From Candidatus Absconditicoccus praedator (lineage in GTDB: Bacteria; Patescibacteriota; Gracilibacteria; Absconditabacterales; Absconditicoccaceae), in NCBI RefSeq assembly GCF_021057185.1, contig NZ_CP054059.1:660001-692000 (forward strand): 32,000 nucleotides of DNA, given 5' to 3'. The position numbers and the translations under genes were made by a program. Positions within the stretch are counted from its first letter, which is position 1. Each line of letters opens with the position of its first letter. The notes beneath the pieces were generated by a model that saw only the letters and a list, made by a program, of their open reading frames with translations, was not told the DNA's origin and did no database searches. This document shows, in pieces, positions 21,693 through 32,000 of the stretch.

Positions 21693-23882
21693 GTGGCTAG
21701 AAAAAGAAGAAAGAAAACAAAAAAAATAACCTTGAATAAATACCAAATATGATTTTCTTTTTTGGGGATATGAGCAACGTTTTTTTTTGCTAGATTTATG
21801 GCTGAATGATCCCCACTTTTTAGTATAATATCAATTCCTTCTTATTTTGTATTCTGAGAGTTATGATCATACATATTTTTTGCAGTACTTTTTATTTTGT
21901 GAACCTATATACTTATAAACGAGAAAATTCTCAAGACTTGAATATTCAAAAAATTTTTCTTTCTTATCCTAGCTACAACAGGAATATTTAGCTTCCCACT
22001 AATAGAAGACTCCAATCACAGTCCTGAAGATTTAGGATGATGGATTTGATATACAACAGTTCTTTGAGCAAATTTTCTTTTGGGATGACAAGAAGAAGCT
22101 ATTAAACTAGCTTTTATTATTGCATTTTTGTGAATCATAATATGGATATTATACTCATTAAATATTAAATTCTCTTTGTGGAGTCTAAAATTCGTTGTAC
22201 AAGAACAGCCAACCAGTAAAAAATCTCAATCACAAAATAAAAATGATTCTAAAGACAACAAAGAGAAAACAAAAACTCTTTTTGATTATATACCTTGAAC
22301 AAGTTGAAACCAATCAAATACAAATAATAATCAGCCCTCCACAGAAAAACCACAAACTGATGATACTGTCAAATCTCTAATAAAAGAAAAATTCAACAAA
22401 AAAATAGATGAAAAAACTCACGAAAAACAAGAACAAATAAAACAAATCAAATTTCCTCAAGACCTTCCTAGTTTTGACACCTGAATTTTACAACCTCCTC
22501 AAGATTCTTCTGACTATGAAATAGACGATAGTTATCTTATAGAAAAAGCTGAAGCTATCAAAGCAAAACTAGATGAATTTGGAATACCTGTAAGTATAGA
22601 ATGATATAATATATGACCCACTGTAATACAAATCAAAATCAAACCCCAAGCCTGAATCAAAATAGCAAGAATTGAAAACCTAAAAAAAGACTTATCATTA
22701 GCATTAAAAACAAAGTCATTAAGAGTAATAGCTCCAATACCAGGGACAGAATTTGTATGAGTAGAAATACCAAATCCAAAGCCACAAATGGTTAGCCTTA
22801 GTGAAATACTTTGATCAAATAATTTTGGGAAGAATATATGAAAATCACAAACAAACCTAACATTATGAAAATGAATAGACTGAAACAAAGTTATAACACC
22901 CTTAGATAAAATGCCTCATTTACTTGTAGCTTGAGCAACAGGTAGTGGTAAATCAGTTTGAATAAACGATTTTATTCTATCTTTGATTTATCAAAACACA
23001 CCCTCAGATCTTAAGTTTATAATGGTAGATCCAAAACAAGTAGAATTGGGAATATATGAATGAATCCCTTATTTGCTGTCTCCTATAATTACAGAACCTG
23101 AAAAAGCTGTAAAAGTACTTAAATGGGCTGTGGATTTCATGAACGAAAGATATCAAAAACTTAAAAAACAAAAAGTTAGAAATATAGATCAGTACAACAA
23201 AAAAGTCAATAAAGAAGACAAAATGTATCGCCTTATTATAATAATAGATGAGCTTGCAGATCTTATGATGAGCTGAAGTAAAAAAGATACAGAAAACTAT
23301 ATAGCAAGAATTGCCCAAATGGCAAGAGCTGTATGAATTCATTTGATACTGGCTACACAAAGACCATCTGTAAATGTTATTACTTGAGTAATTAAAGCAA
23401 ACATACCAACAAGAATTGCATTTGGTGTGGTTTCATTAGTAGATAGTAGAACAATACTTGATAGCAAATGAGCAGAAGATCTGGTAGGTAAATGAGACAT
23501 GCTATATATGGACCCAAATACTAAATTTCCAGTAAGAATACAGGCACCATTTGTAGATACAGATGAAACAGAAGAAGTTGTATCCAAAATAAAAGAAAAA
23601 TATATGACATGAATAGAAGAAAGTCAAATATATCACCCAGAAATAATAAATATTTTGGAATCAAAAGCAGAAACTGTGACATGATGAGGAGGATGAGATG
23701 ATGATGAGTTAGTAGAGCAAGCAATACAAATAATAAGTGAAACCAAAAAAGCATCTGCCACTATGCTTCAAAGAAAGTTATGAATTTGATTTGCAAGAGC
23801 TGCCAAAATAATGGATATTCTTGAAGAAAGATGAGTTGTATGACCAGCTGATTGAGCAAAACCTAGAGAAATTTATGTTTAA
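21693..23882 (+). CDS. ftsK: DNA translocase FtsK/SpoIIIE
   Basis: 730 codons, TAA 23880..23882. N-terminal membrane segments are present. Motifs: PHLLVAGATGSGKSVGIN (Walker A; TGA at 22932..22934), IIIIDELADLMM, HLILATQRPSVNVITG, PTRIAFGV. C-terminal winged-helix gamma domain SATMLQRKLGIGFARAAKIMDILEERG. The start was assigned to GTG 21693, the first start after an in-frame TAA, so it is uncertain. Confidence 0.92.
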
Positions 23883-24760
23883 TTTTCAAATCTTTTTGTA
23901 ATATCTGAAACATAGTAAACTCATCACTCATATTTTATGTTAAAGTAAAATTCTTTTCATTCTATTGTCTCTACTTGGTATAAAGCAATATTTTCTGAAA
24001 TTCTTCTATACCTTATTTGTCTTATATTATCTGGCATTAGTCAGAACACATCATAATTTTCAAATACTCATTTAGTGAAAACATCATATATTTGATTTTC
24101 TTTTTGAATATTTACAGGAGAAAAGTACTTATCTTGTTGACTAGATAATGGAAAATCATTTTTAGGAGATAAAACCGAGGCCATATAATTTCTTGTATCT
24201 TCTATACTAAGAGACCACATAACAGAAAAAACAACCACAATTAAAGCCCCCAAACCTGTTGCCAATTTTTTGGTGTAAAAAAAATATTCATATATTTCTT
24301 TTAGTCTTTTAAGGTCAAAACTTAGAAATCTTCTGTTCAATTTTTCTCTATATCTTGAAATTTGTTTTAATCAATCTCTTGTGATTTTAACTTCAAGAAA
24401 GTATTTGTAATACAAAGATCTATCTATACTAAATCAGTTTTTAGTTTTTTTAATCATTTTTAATAATGGAATTCCATTTTCTTTTAATTTTTTTCTAAAA
24501 CTTCTTGGATTGTTAAAATCTTGATTTTTTAGATCTATGTTCCCAACTCATATATGATAAAATACTCTTTTTCTAACATATGCTATACTTACTCATAAGC
24601 TTTTTATAAACTTTTTATTTATTTTTTTATTTATATTTACATAATCTAAGTTTTGATTTAAAAATTCTTCTTCAAGCAACTCCAAAACATACAAGTCAAC
24701 TTGCTTTCTAACATATTTTTTATCTGAAATTCAAAGTTTTTTTTTAATGTATTTTATCAT
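23879..24760 (-). CDS. Hypothetical single-pass membrane protein (293 aa)
   Basis: ATG 24760..24758, TAA 23881..23879, which overlaps the ftsK stop. There is a central TM segment LATGLGALIVVVFSVMWSL, a basic N-terminal half and no recognisable domain. Confidence 0.6.
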
Positions 24761-24834
24761 TATATTTTTTGTTTATATATTTATATATTGACATACCAAA
24801 TGATATTGATTTAAAAATAGTTTTCAATTAAAAA

Positions 24835-24863
24835 AAATCTGGGTACTTAAACTACCCAGATTT
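24835..24863 (-). terminator. Rho-independent (potentially bidirectional) terminator after rpsA
   Basis: The 11-bp stem AAATCTGGGTA (24835..24845) pairs with TACCCAGATTT (24853..24863) around a 7-nt loop. An A-run lies upstream and a T-run downstream, so a U-tract follows the hairpin on either strand. Confidence 0.7.
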
Positions 24864-24883
24864 TTCTTTAATATTTTTTTGTA

Positions 24884-26065
24884 TTACTGATCTTTCTTCT
24901 TTTTAACTACAACTTTTTCAGACTTTTGTTCTTTTGCTGAGGTTGATTTAGAAGATCTTGATTTTCATTCTTTTTCTTCTTCTAATGCTTTCATACTAAG
25001 TCACATTTTTCTTTTATCTGGATCCATTAGTATAATTTTTGCTTTTACTTTTTGTCATGGTTTCACAATTTCAGCAGGATTTGAAACTGCTTTTCATGTT
25101 ATTTCACTTAGGTGTATCAATCAGTTTATATCATCATACACTCTAATAAAAACACCATAAGGTACAAATCTTATTACTTCACCTTCAACAATATCTCATA
25201 TTTGGAATTTTTGAGGTATAATTTTCCATGGATCACCTTTTAGTTTTTTCATTGATAATGATATTTTTCAGTCTTCATATCAAATCACTTTTACATTTAC
25301 TTTATCTCCTATATTACCAAATCTTTCAATATTATCAACGTGTCAGTATGTTATTTCAGAAACATGCACCAATCATTCTATTCAACCTCATATAGTAACA
25401 AATAATCAATAACTTGATACCCCTGATATTGTTCATTCATACTCTTTTCAAATATCAAGATCTTGCATTATTTTATCTTTTTCTTCTCTTAATGCTTCTC
25501 TTTCTGATAAGATAAGCCTTTTTCAATCCTCATCAATATTTATAATTCTTACCTGGAATTCTTTACCCATCAAATCCAACAACTGCTCAAAGATTTTTTC
25601 TTGATCACCATCTTCTACTCTTGGATAATTTACTGGAGCAAGTTGAGATAAAGGAATAAATCATTTTATTCAGTGCATATCTACCAACAAACCTCAAAGA
25701 TTTGCTTCTGACGGAACAACAGTAATTGTTTCATCTTTTTTTGTTTTTTCCAAGATTGAATTCCAAACATCATACTGTATTAATTTTGATATTGATATCA
25801 CAAAATATCACTCATCATCCATAGTATCAAGATTTATAATTTCTGCTTCAAGCTCCGTACCTGGAGAAAGATCAACTCCATTTCTTTCCAAGTCTTTTGC
25901 TTCTTTAGGAAGTATAAGTCAAGTGAATGTATCATCCTGACAACTAACTAAAACTCATTTTTCAATTTTTTTGATTACAGTACCCTTTGTTTTTTTTCAC
26001 TCTTTAATTTTTGGGACTGTTACAGTCTCATTTTGAACTCAGTTCAAAAAATTTTGTAAATCCAT
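24884..26065 (-). CDS. rpsA: 30S ribosomal protein S1 (about four S1 domains)
   Basis: 394 codons, ATG 26065..26063, TAA 24886..24884. Repeated S1-domain signatures: GGLLVDMHGIKGFIPLSQL, GTISGVSSYGLFVTIGGGIEGLVHVSEI, GEVIRFVPYGVFIRVYDDINGLIHLSEI. Lys-rich C-terminal tail. Confidence 0.88.
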
Positions 26066-26156
26066 TATGATATAAAATTAATTAAATAAATAAATTAAAT
26101 AAATTGCCGCCTTTTCAAAAGTCTAAATAATGGTTATTCAAAAGCACAACTAAAAA

Positions 26157-26417
26157 TTATACTTTTAATTTTAGCTTATTTGCTACAAGAGTATATCTTT
26201 CAATATCATTTTCCTTTAGATACCTAAGATATTTTCTTCTTCTTGCTACTTTTTTCAACAAACTTCTTTTAGCATCAACATCTTGAGGATGCTTTTTCAA
26301 ATGTTCTTGTAAAGTTCATATTTCTTCAGTAAGTATTCATATTTGCACTTCTGGAGAACCATTATCTTTCTCATGCCTTTGAAAAGGTTTTACAAGATCT
26401 GTAGATATTTTTGACAT
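26157..26417 (-). CDS. rpsO: 30S ribosomal protein S15
   Basis: 87 codons, ATG 26417..26415, TAA 26159..26157. Motifs: DNGSPEVQIGILTEEIGTLQEHLKKHPQDVDAKRSLLKKVARRRKYLRYL. Confidence 0.93.
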
Positions 26418-26458
26418 AGATTTTGTTATATAAAATAAATATTGAACCCAATCAAATC

Positions 26459-26530
26459 TGCCTTCGGCAGGAATCGAACCCGCATCTTCCCCTTAGGAGG
26501 GGGACGTTCTATCCGTTGAACTACGAAGGC
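26459..26530 (-). tRNA. tRNA-Arg (anticodon CCU); no encoded CCA
   Basis: Hand-folded cloverleaf from the reverse complement. Acceptor GCCTTCG/CGAAGGC, D-arm GTTC-AACGGATA-GAAC, anticodon arm TCCCC-CTCCTAA-GGGGA, variable AGAT, T-arm GCGGG-TTCGATT-CCTGC, discriminator A. Confidence 0.9.
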
Positions 26531-26715
26531 ACATCTATCATACCCTTATAAAGATTTTTTGCAAAAATTCAACAATAAATTATCTTCTTTTAACAGACAA
26601 ATTCAAAAATAGAGTTTTCTTTATTGAAAACAAAACTTTTATTAATTAAAAGTTCAATCAGCTACTTATGATTTTAATTATAAAGCTTAATATTTAAGTT
26701 CACAAAGAAAAAGCT

Positions 26716-26743
26716 TTGAAAATTCAAAAACAAAATTTATAAT
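26716..26743 (+). promoter_or_regulatory. Candidate promoter for tsaE (TTGAAA-16 nt-TATAAT)
   Basis: -35 at 26716..26721 and a consensus -10 at 26738..26743, 32 nt upstream of the tsaE ATG. The AT-rich background makes chance matches common. Confidence 0.35.
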
Positions 26744-26774
26744 AACCAACAAATTTACCAATCAAAACCTAAAA

Positions 26775-27161
26775 ATGATAATCAACTCACCTAATGAAAT
26801 GAAAGAAAAAGCCCATCAAATAATACAAAAAAAATCAAAAATATTACTAAACTGACAATTATGAGCGGGAAAAACTCAATTTGTTAAATGAGTAGCTAAT
26901 TTCCTAAAAATCGATGAATCAAAAATACAAAGTCCTACATACTCTTATATGCATGAGTATGAAGAAACATTATTACATATTGATATGTACAGGCTTGAAA
27001 CCCCAGAAGATATGATTCAAAAATGAATACTTGAGAAAATTGAAGAATACAAGTGGATATGTATAGAATGGCCAAAATTCCAAGAATACTATCAAGACAA
27101 TGAATTTTTAAGTATTGATATCAGAAAACTGGAAAATGAAAAAAGAGAATTAATATACTAA
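26775..27161 (+). CDS. tsaE: tRNA threonylcarbamoyladenosine (t6A) biosynthesis ATPase TsaE
   Basis: 129 codons, ATG 26775, TAA 27159..27161. Motifs: LLNGQLGAGKTQFVKG (P-loop), SPTYSYMHEY, LHIDMYRL, CIEWP. Confidence 0.85.
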
Positions 27162-27195
27162 AAACAAAGCTTTAAGCTATCTTACCAAAAAACCC

Positions 27196-27906
27196 ATGAG
27201 CAACATTTTAATTGTATGTGCTAGCAATAAAGAACTGAAATCTGTCAAAAAACAGATCAAAAACATCTCACATCCCCAAAAAAACAAAATTTTTTATCTA
27301 GCATCTGGAATAGGAAATTATCAAACAATACAAAACTTCACATCTTTCTTAGAAAAAAATAAAATTGATTTTGTAATAAACATTGGAATATGCTGACGAA
27401 GCAATGAAAAACCACCAGCTATTCAAGTATGAAGAATCAAAAACATCCACACCAATAAAGAGCTAATTGTACCAATCTTCTTTAAATATGAAAAAATTGA
27501 AAGTATAGCATGTAGTGAAAATATATGTAAACAAAAAAATTTTTCAGAAAACTTTGTTGATATGGAGTCTTTTGGTATTGAATTTGTATGTAGCAAGTAC
27601 AATATTCCTAGAATAATACTAAAAGTTCCTTATGATGAAATATGAAAGGATATATCAAATATAGATTTTGAAGAAGCTGCAGATAGTATCTGAAAAAAAA
27701 TAGATATAAACAAACTAATACAACACTCACAAAAATACATACAAAAAATCCCCAAAGAAAAAGACCGATCACATCTAAAACAAGAGTTGAATTTATCTTT
27801 TCAACAATACCAGATTTTAAAGCATAAAATTAAAAAACGAGAAGTTTTAAATCAAAAAGATTTCAATCCCAAATATCATCTTGATGAGATAGATTTTACC
27901 AAATAA
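27196..27906 (+). CDS. Phosphorylase-superfamily (PNP_UDP_1) nucleosidase, MTA/SAH-nucleosidase or futalosine-hydrolase-like, with a C-terminal extension
   Basis: 237 codons, ATG 27196, TAA 27904..27906. Motifs: ILIVCASNKE, LASGIGNYQT, DFVINIGICG, FVDMESFGIEFVC, IILKVPYDE. The last ~80 aa have no recognisable similarity. Confidence 0.65.
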
Positions 27907-27914
27907 AAACTTAA

Positions 27915-28898
27915 ATGATAATTTATATAGAAAACAAAATCAAACATTATAAACAAGTAAAAAACATCATAAACAAATTTCCAAATGCTAGTATTTTACA
28001 TATAGACAGTCACAAAAACATATTAGATAAAACAATCCACCCAAATCCTACAGAAAAAAAAATAATACTGGCAAATTTAGAATGAAGCGCAGTCCTCAAA
28101 ACACCAGATAAATACTGACCAAACAAACATTCTTTCTTCATCAAAACAAGCCTCAACTGTTTTTTTTCTTGTGATTATTGTTATCTACAAGGATTGTTTA
28201 AAAACAACTATCCTATACTTTTTTTGAATTATGAAGATATAAAACAACAAGTCTCTAAAAAGATTGAACAAATAAATTCAAGCGAAACAAAATGGTTTTT
28301 TAGCTGAGATTATTCTGACACACAATGATTTGATTTTATTTCAGATTTCAACAAGGAATTTATACCGTTTTTTGAAGATTTTAAAAATACTATGCTTGAA
28401 ATAAGAACCAAGTCTGCAGACATCTCATCTTTGTTGGATTTATGATTTATACCACAAAATACAGAAATTGCCTATTCTATAAATACACCCCAAGTAATAG
28501 AAAGGTACGAGAAATGAACAGCATCTTTAGAAAAAAGGATAGAAAACATAAACTATCTTGTTGATAAATGATTTAAAGTATGATTAAGATTTCTTCCTTT
28601 ATTACCAACAAACAATGCTGAAGAAGAATACATAAATCTTATAAAGCACATAAAAGACAACATAAACATAGACAAACTAAATACTATAAATATTTGATGA
28701 TTAATGTTTACCAAAAAAGAATACAATAAAATGCTCAAAAAACAACCAAACCTGGATATATTGTACAAGCTCGAGGAAAAAGATAAATATTTTGTTAGGA
28801 TAGATAAAAACTTTAGAAAAAACTTATATGAAATTTTTTATTACCATTTATGAAAACACATTAAAAACAAAAATTTTGTGTGTATGGATTATTTTTAA
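27915..28898 (+). CDS. Radical SAM protein of the spore photoproduct lyase (SplB-like DNA repair) family
   Basis: 328 codons, ATG 27915, TAA 28896..28898. CxxxCxxC cluster in SLNCFFSCDYCYLQG, as in SP lyase GC...C.YCYLQ. Also FFSGDYSD, EIRTKS and the overall size. Confidence 0.75.
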
Positions 28899-29086
28899 AC
28901 AACAAAAACCCCAGGATAAACCTGGGGGATAAGTCAAAATGGAAGCCATCAGAACACCTGCACAACAAGGTTGAACATAAAATACATCCAAACAGGGGAA
29001 AGAAGACACCCAATGAGTTTGAACCTATGAATTTCCTTATGACGATACTCCCTGTCCTGATAGTACCTTAGCTTCTTTTCTTTCAT
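28895..29086 (-). CDS. Small membrane protein candidate (63 aa) with a strong SD and atypical composition
   Basis: AAAAAGAGGTGTGT-ATG, ATG 29086..29084, TAA 28897..28895. Sequence MKEKKLRYYQDREYRHKEIHRFKLIGCLLSPVWMYFMFNLVVQVFGWLPFGLIPQVYPGVFVV (two TGA=Gly). A competing plus-strand ORF (28880..29071) and an ncRNA interpretation cannot be excluded. Confidence 0.4.
28909..28927 (-). terminator. GC-rich hairpin with a U-tract on the minus strand (intrinsic terminator candidate)
   Basis: CCCCAGG (28909..28915) pairs with CCTGGGG (28921..28927) around a 5-nt loop. On the minus strand it is followed by TTTTTGTTGTTT. It is embedded in the last codons of the small ORF. Confidence 0.5.
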
Positions 29087-29156
29087 ACACACCTCTTTTT
29101 GAAGTTTGAAAAAGGATGTAAAGTATAATTAAAAAATGAAATAAATCAATTAGAAA

Positions 29157-30569
29157 TTAATTGTTTTGAATATATTTACTAAGCATCCTCACCAAAAATC
29201 AACTTGCTCACTCTCACCATATAGGATCTGGTCAAGACATCAATCATACTGGGCCTGCTATATCAAAATGCACCCAATTTTTATTTTTTACAAATTGAGA
29301 AATAAACAATCCTGCAGTAATAGTACCAGGAGACATTCTATTTGGATTCACATTTTTCATATCAGCTGAAAATGACTTGTACTGTTGAAAGTATGGTGTA
29401 TAATAAGGCAACTCCCAGCATCTATCCTTCACCTGTCGTGAAAACTTTTGAATTTTATTATTTAGTTTTGAGTTGTTTCCAATAAGGGCTGCTATCTTGT
29501 TTCACAAAGCAACTACCTGAGCTCAAGTAAGTGTAGCCACATCAAATAGTTTATCAATTTGATATTTTTCTTGTATATAAGAAATAGCATCTGCCAAAAT
29601 CAGTCTTCATTCAGCATCTGTATTTGAAATTTCTACAGTAGTTCAGTTGTACATAGTAATCACATCTCATGGCTTGTATGCGTCTGCATCAATATTGTTT
29701 TCTACCAATGGCACAGCAACAAGAATATTTTTTTGTTCTCAAAATCATGCAAGATAATTCAAGACAGAAACCACTGTAGCAGCTCATCACATATCCAACC
29801 TCATGTCTTCAATTGCTCAAGTTGGTTTTAGATTGTATCATCCAGTATCAAAACATACTCACTTACCTACCATCGCATAGTCAAAACTTTCTTTGTTTAG
29901 TGGCTTGTATTCTATCAAAACCAGTCTTGGATGTGATTGAGCACCTTTACCTACTTCATAAATTCATCACATTCATAGCTTTTTTAGAGTCTGCTTATCA
30001 AGAACATTAATTTTTATGTTTTCTAATCATGCAAATTGATTTTGTATTTTGCTTTCAAACTGCTCTGGATTTACATAATTTGTTGGCAAATTTACAAGAT
30101 CCCTACACAAATCTGTAGATTCTACTATTTTGCTGAAATAATTGGAATCTATAGAATTACACTTCAAATATATTCAATAGTTTGTATTAACTTTTTTTGA
30201 CTTTAACTGATTAAAATCATACATTTTTATTGCAAGCAATTCTGCAAAAACCTGCTTTTGAAAATCAGAAATATTCAACTTATCTAGATCTATATGAAGT
30301 TTTTTATCGGAAGTTTTAACAATATCTCATATATTAGCAACTATATCCTCCATATTTTCTGTAAGTACTTTTTCTGAACTATATTTTACAACAATCTGTA
30401 TATTTGTGTTTGAGTCAACAAACCTATCAACTTTAAACTTATCTTCTCAAGACAACTTTATTAAAGAACAAAACTTTTTTAGTTGTTCTGAATCAAAAGT
30501 TTTTTGATTTTTTGCCACAAAATACACCTTGTTTTTAGCTTTTCAAGAAGAAGTTAAGTTTATATTCAT
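29157..30569 (-). CDS. pepA: Leucyl aminopeptidase (peptidase M17)
   Basis: 471 codons, ATG 30569..30567, TAA 29159..29157. Motifs: [61 protein letters not shown]. Confidence 0.92.
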
Positions 30570-30579
30570 AATAATGAGT

Positions 30580-30780
30580 TTATTCATCTAAAATAGAACA
30601 TCCACTTTCTCTATAAGGACATGTTTCACACAAAACCTGCAAAACTCTCAACTTGGATTCTTCTACCTTTAAAGAAGATGGCAAATTTTTTGTACTACTA
30701 GAATTTCTTGCAGAATCAAAAACCAACATATTTTCACATGGATAGTTACTTACTGGCAAGTCATATTGTTCAGTTTCCAT
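30580..30780 (-). CDS. Hypothetical small Cys-containing protein (66 aa from the ATG; 74 aa if the TTG at 30804 is used)
   Basis: ORF present in the supplied track. METEQYDLPVSNYPCENML...LQVLCETCPYRESGCSILDE. It ends 11 nt upstream of the pepA start and contains no TGA. Confidence 0.4.
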   Translation of the reverse strand: METEQYDLPVSNYPCENMLVFDSARNSSSTKNLPSSLKVEESKLRVLQVLCETCPYRESGCSILDE

Positions 30781-30980
30781 AATAATATTTATATTATAAA
30801 TCAACCAATTATTACAAAAAATTAATTTAAATTCAACATTATTTATCCTATCTACCCAAATAAACCTTTTTTTCTTATATACAATTCAACCACAAAGTCA
30901 AATATTTTTTGTATTGAATTTTTAATCCTTTTTAATAAAATCCAAAATAATAAAATTTGTTACTACAATATAAAATCAAA

Positions 30981-32000
30981 ATGTTTTTTGAAAAATACAA
31001 ACCTATCCCAAAATCTAAAATTCGAGAAAATCAAAAGAAGTTTTTTGAAAAAAACTGAATAAATGCTTGGAAAAAATGACACATACCTTTTGATTTTACC
31101 AACAATAGTTATTATACATACAAGCTTGTACAAAATATAATTGATATAATCAACAACTCTCAACTAAATACCCAAAAAAACATAAATATTCTTGAAGTTT
31201 GAGCTGGTAGCTGACTTTTTGCTATTAATTTTTTGTACAGAATAGAACAGTTAGATCCTCAAATATTCAACAAAATAAATTACACAATTACAGATTATTC
31301 ACAAACAATACTAGACAACATCCAAAAAAACAATCATATTCAATATTTTATGAAAAAATGAGTTTTACAAACAAAACCCTTTGATATTTCAAAAGACACT
31401 CCCCCTTTGGATATAGACATATTTTTAATGAATTATGTAGTTTGCAATATTCCTTTTCAATGTATTAAAAAACAAAACAATATTTATTACGAAAAAACAA
31501 TACTTCCCAAATCACCTATCTTGAAAGAAAACTATCAGAAAATTGACAAACCCTCATATTCTCACATTATTGATAAATTTCTAGACAACAAAACTACCAA
31601 TGAAACAGTTATCAATACCACATTCCTTGATTTTTTAGCAAAAGTTTTTGATACAGAAAAGGAAAAATTTGTTTATGTAGCAGACTCATGAAGTTCACAC
31701 CATTTTGAACTACTAAACTATTGAGAAAATTTTTTTAATAAAGTAAATTTTGAGCTTATTGAAATTTGGCTAAAACAACAAAAAATAAACTTCACAAGAA
31801 AACAGTTTGAAAATCCCAAATTTTCAAAATCAATAATAACTAACAGCAACTATACAAAAGATTTTTTCTATGACCACAAAGATGATTTTTTGTACAAAAA
31901 TCTTAAATCAACTTATAATCTAATTTTTGAAAATAAACTTGAAAAAGCACAAAAAAACCTTGAAAAAGTCATCAAATATAGAGACAAAGATGCCAATATA
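30981..32000 (+). CDS. Class I SAM-dependent methyltransferase (3'-truncated by the window edge)
   Basis: ATG 30981, open for 340 codons to the window end with TGA=Gly. Motif I NILEVGAGSGLFAINFL. Also DIFLMNYVVCNIP. The subfamily is not assignable by eye. Confidence 0.65.

Noticed and set aside
26459-26530. The only tRNA in the window as the UGA-decoding tRNA-Gly(UCA)
   Set aside because: The hand-folded anticodon loop is CTCCTAA, so the anticodon is CCU (Arg, AGG). The suppressor-type tRNA must lie elsewhere in the genome.
28900-29100. The GC-rich island as SRP RNA, 6S RNA, tmRNA or RNase P RNA
   Set aside because: It is too short for tmRNA or RNase P, and I did not recognise conserved SRP or 6S motifs. 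A coding interpretation with SD, ATG and a TM segment is more economical. It is kept as an open alternative in the findings.

Overview
This is an AT-rich bacterial chromosome segment; 60-nt hand counts gave about 28% GC in typical coding sequence. It is only interpretable if TGA is read as glycine (genetic code 25, known from Candidatus Gracilibacteria/BD1-5 and Absconditabacteria/SR1 in the CPR). The supplied standard-code ORF track is therefore fragmented. I retranslated by hand with TGA=Gly and obtained about 35 tightly packed genes. Each is uninterrupted by TAA/TAG and has a length divisible by 3. The genes are mostly housekeeping: miaB, pyrH, dprA, clpB, ung, an SSADH-like aldehyde dehydrogenase, pepF, gyrB, rsmG, ftsK, rpsA, rpsO, tRNA-Arg(CCU), tsaE, an SP-lyase-like radical SAM enzyme and pepA. 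Less ordinary content: (1) an MccF/LdcA-type S66 peptidase next to two class II aaRS paralogs that lack anticodon-binding domains (HisRS/HisZ-like and AsnRS-core/AsnA-like), preceded by a mini-ORF with a Shine-Dalgarno (SD) sequence; (2) a compositionally atypical LuxI/FeeM-like N-acyl amino acid synthase with a long N-terminal extension; (3) a PRMT-like methyltransferase; (4) a GC-rich small membrane ORF with a strong SD; (5) a CIRCE-like operator upstream of clpB; (6) several hypothetical proteins. I saw no CRISPR array, rRNA, transposase or integrase. All product calls rest on motif recognition by eye; no database search was run.
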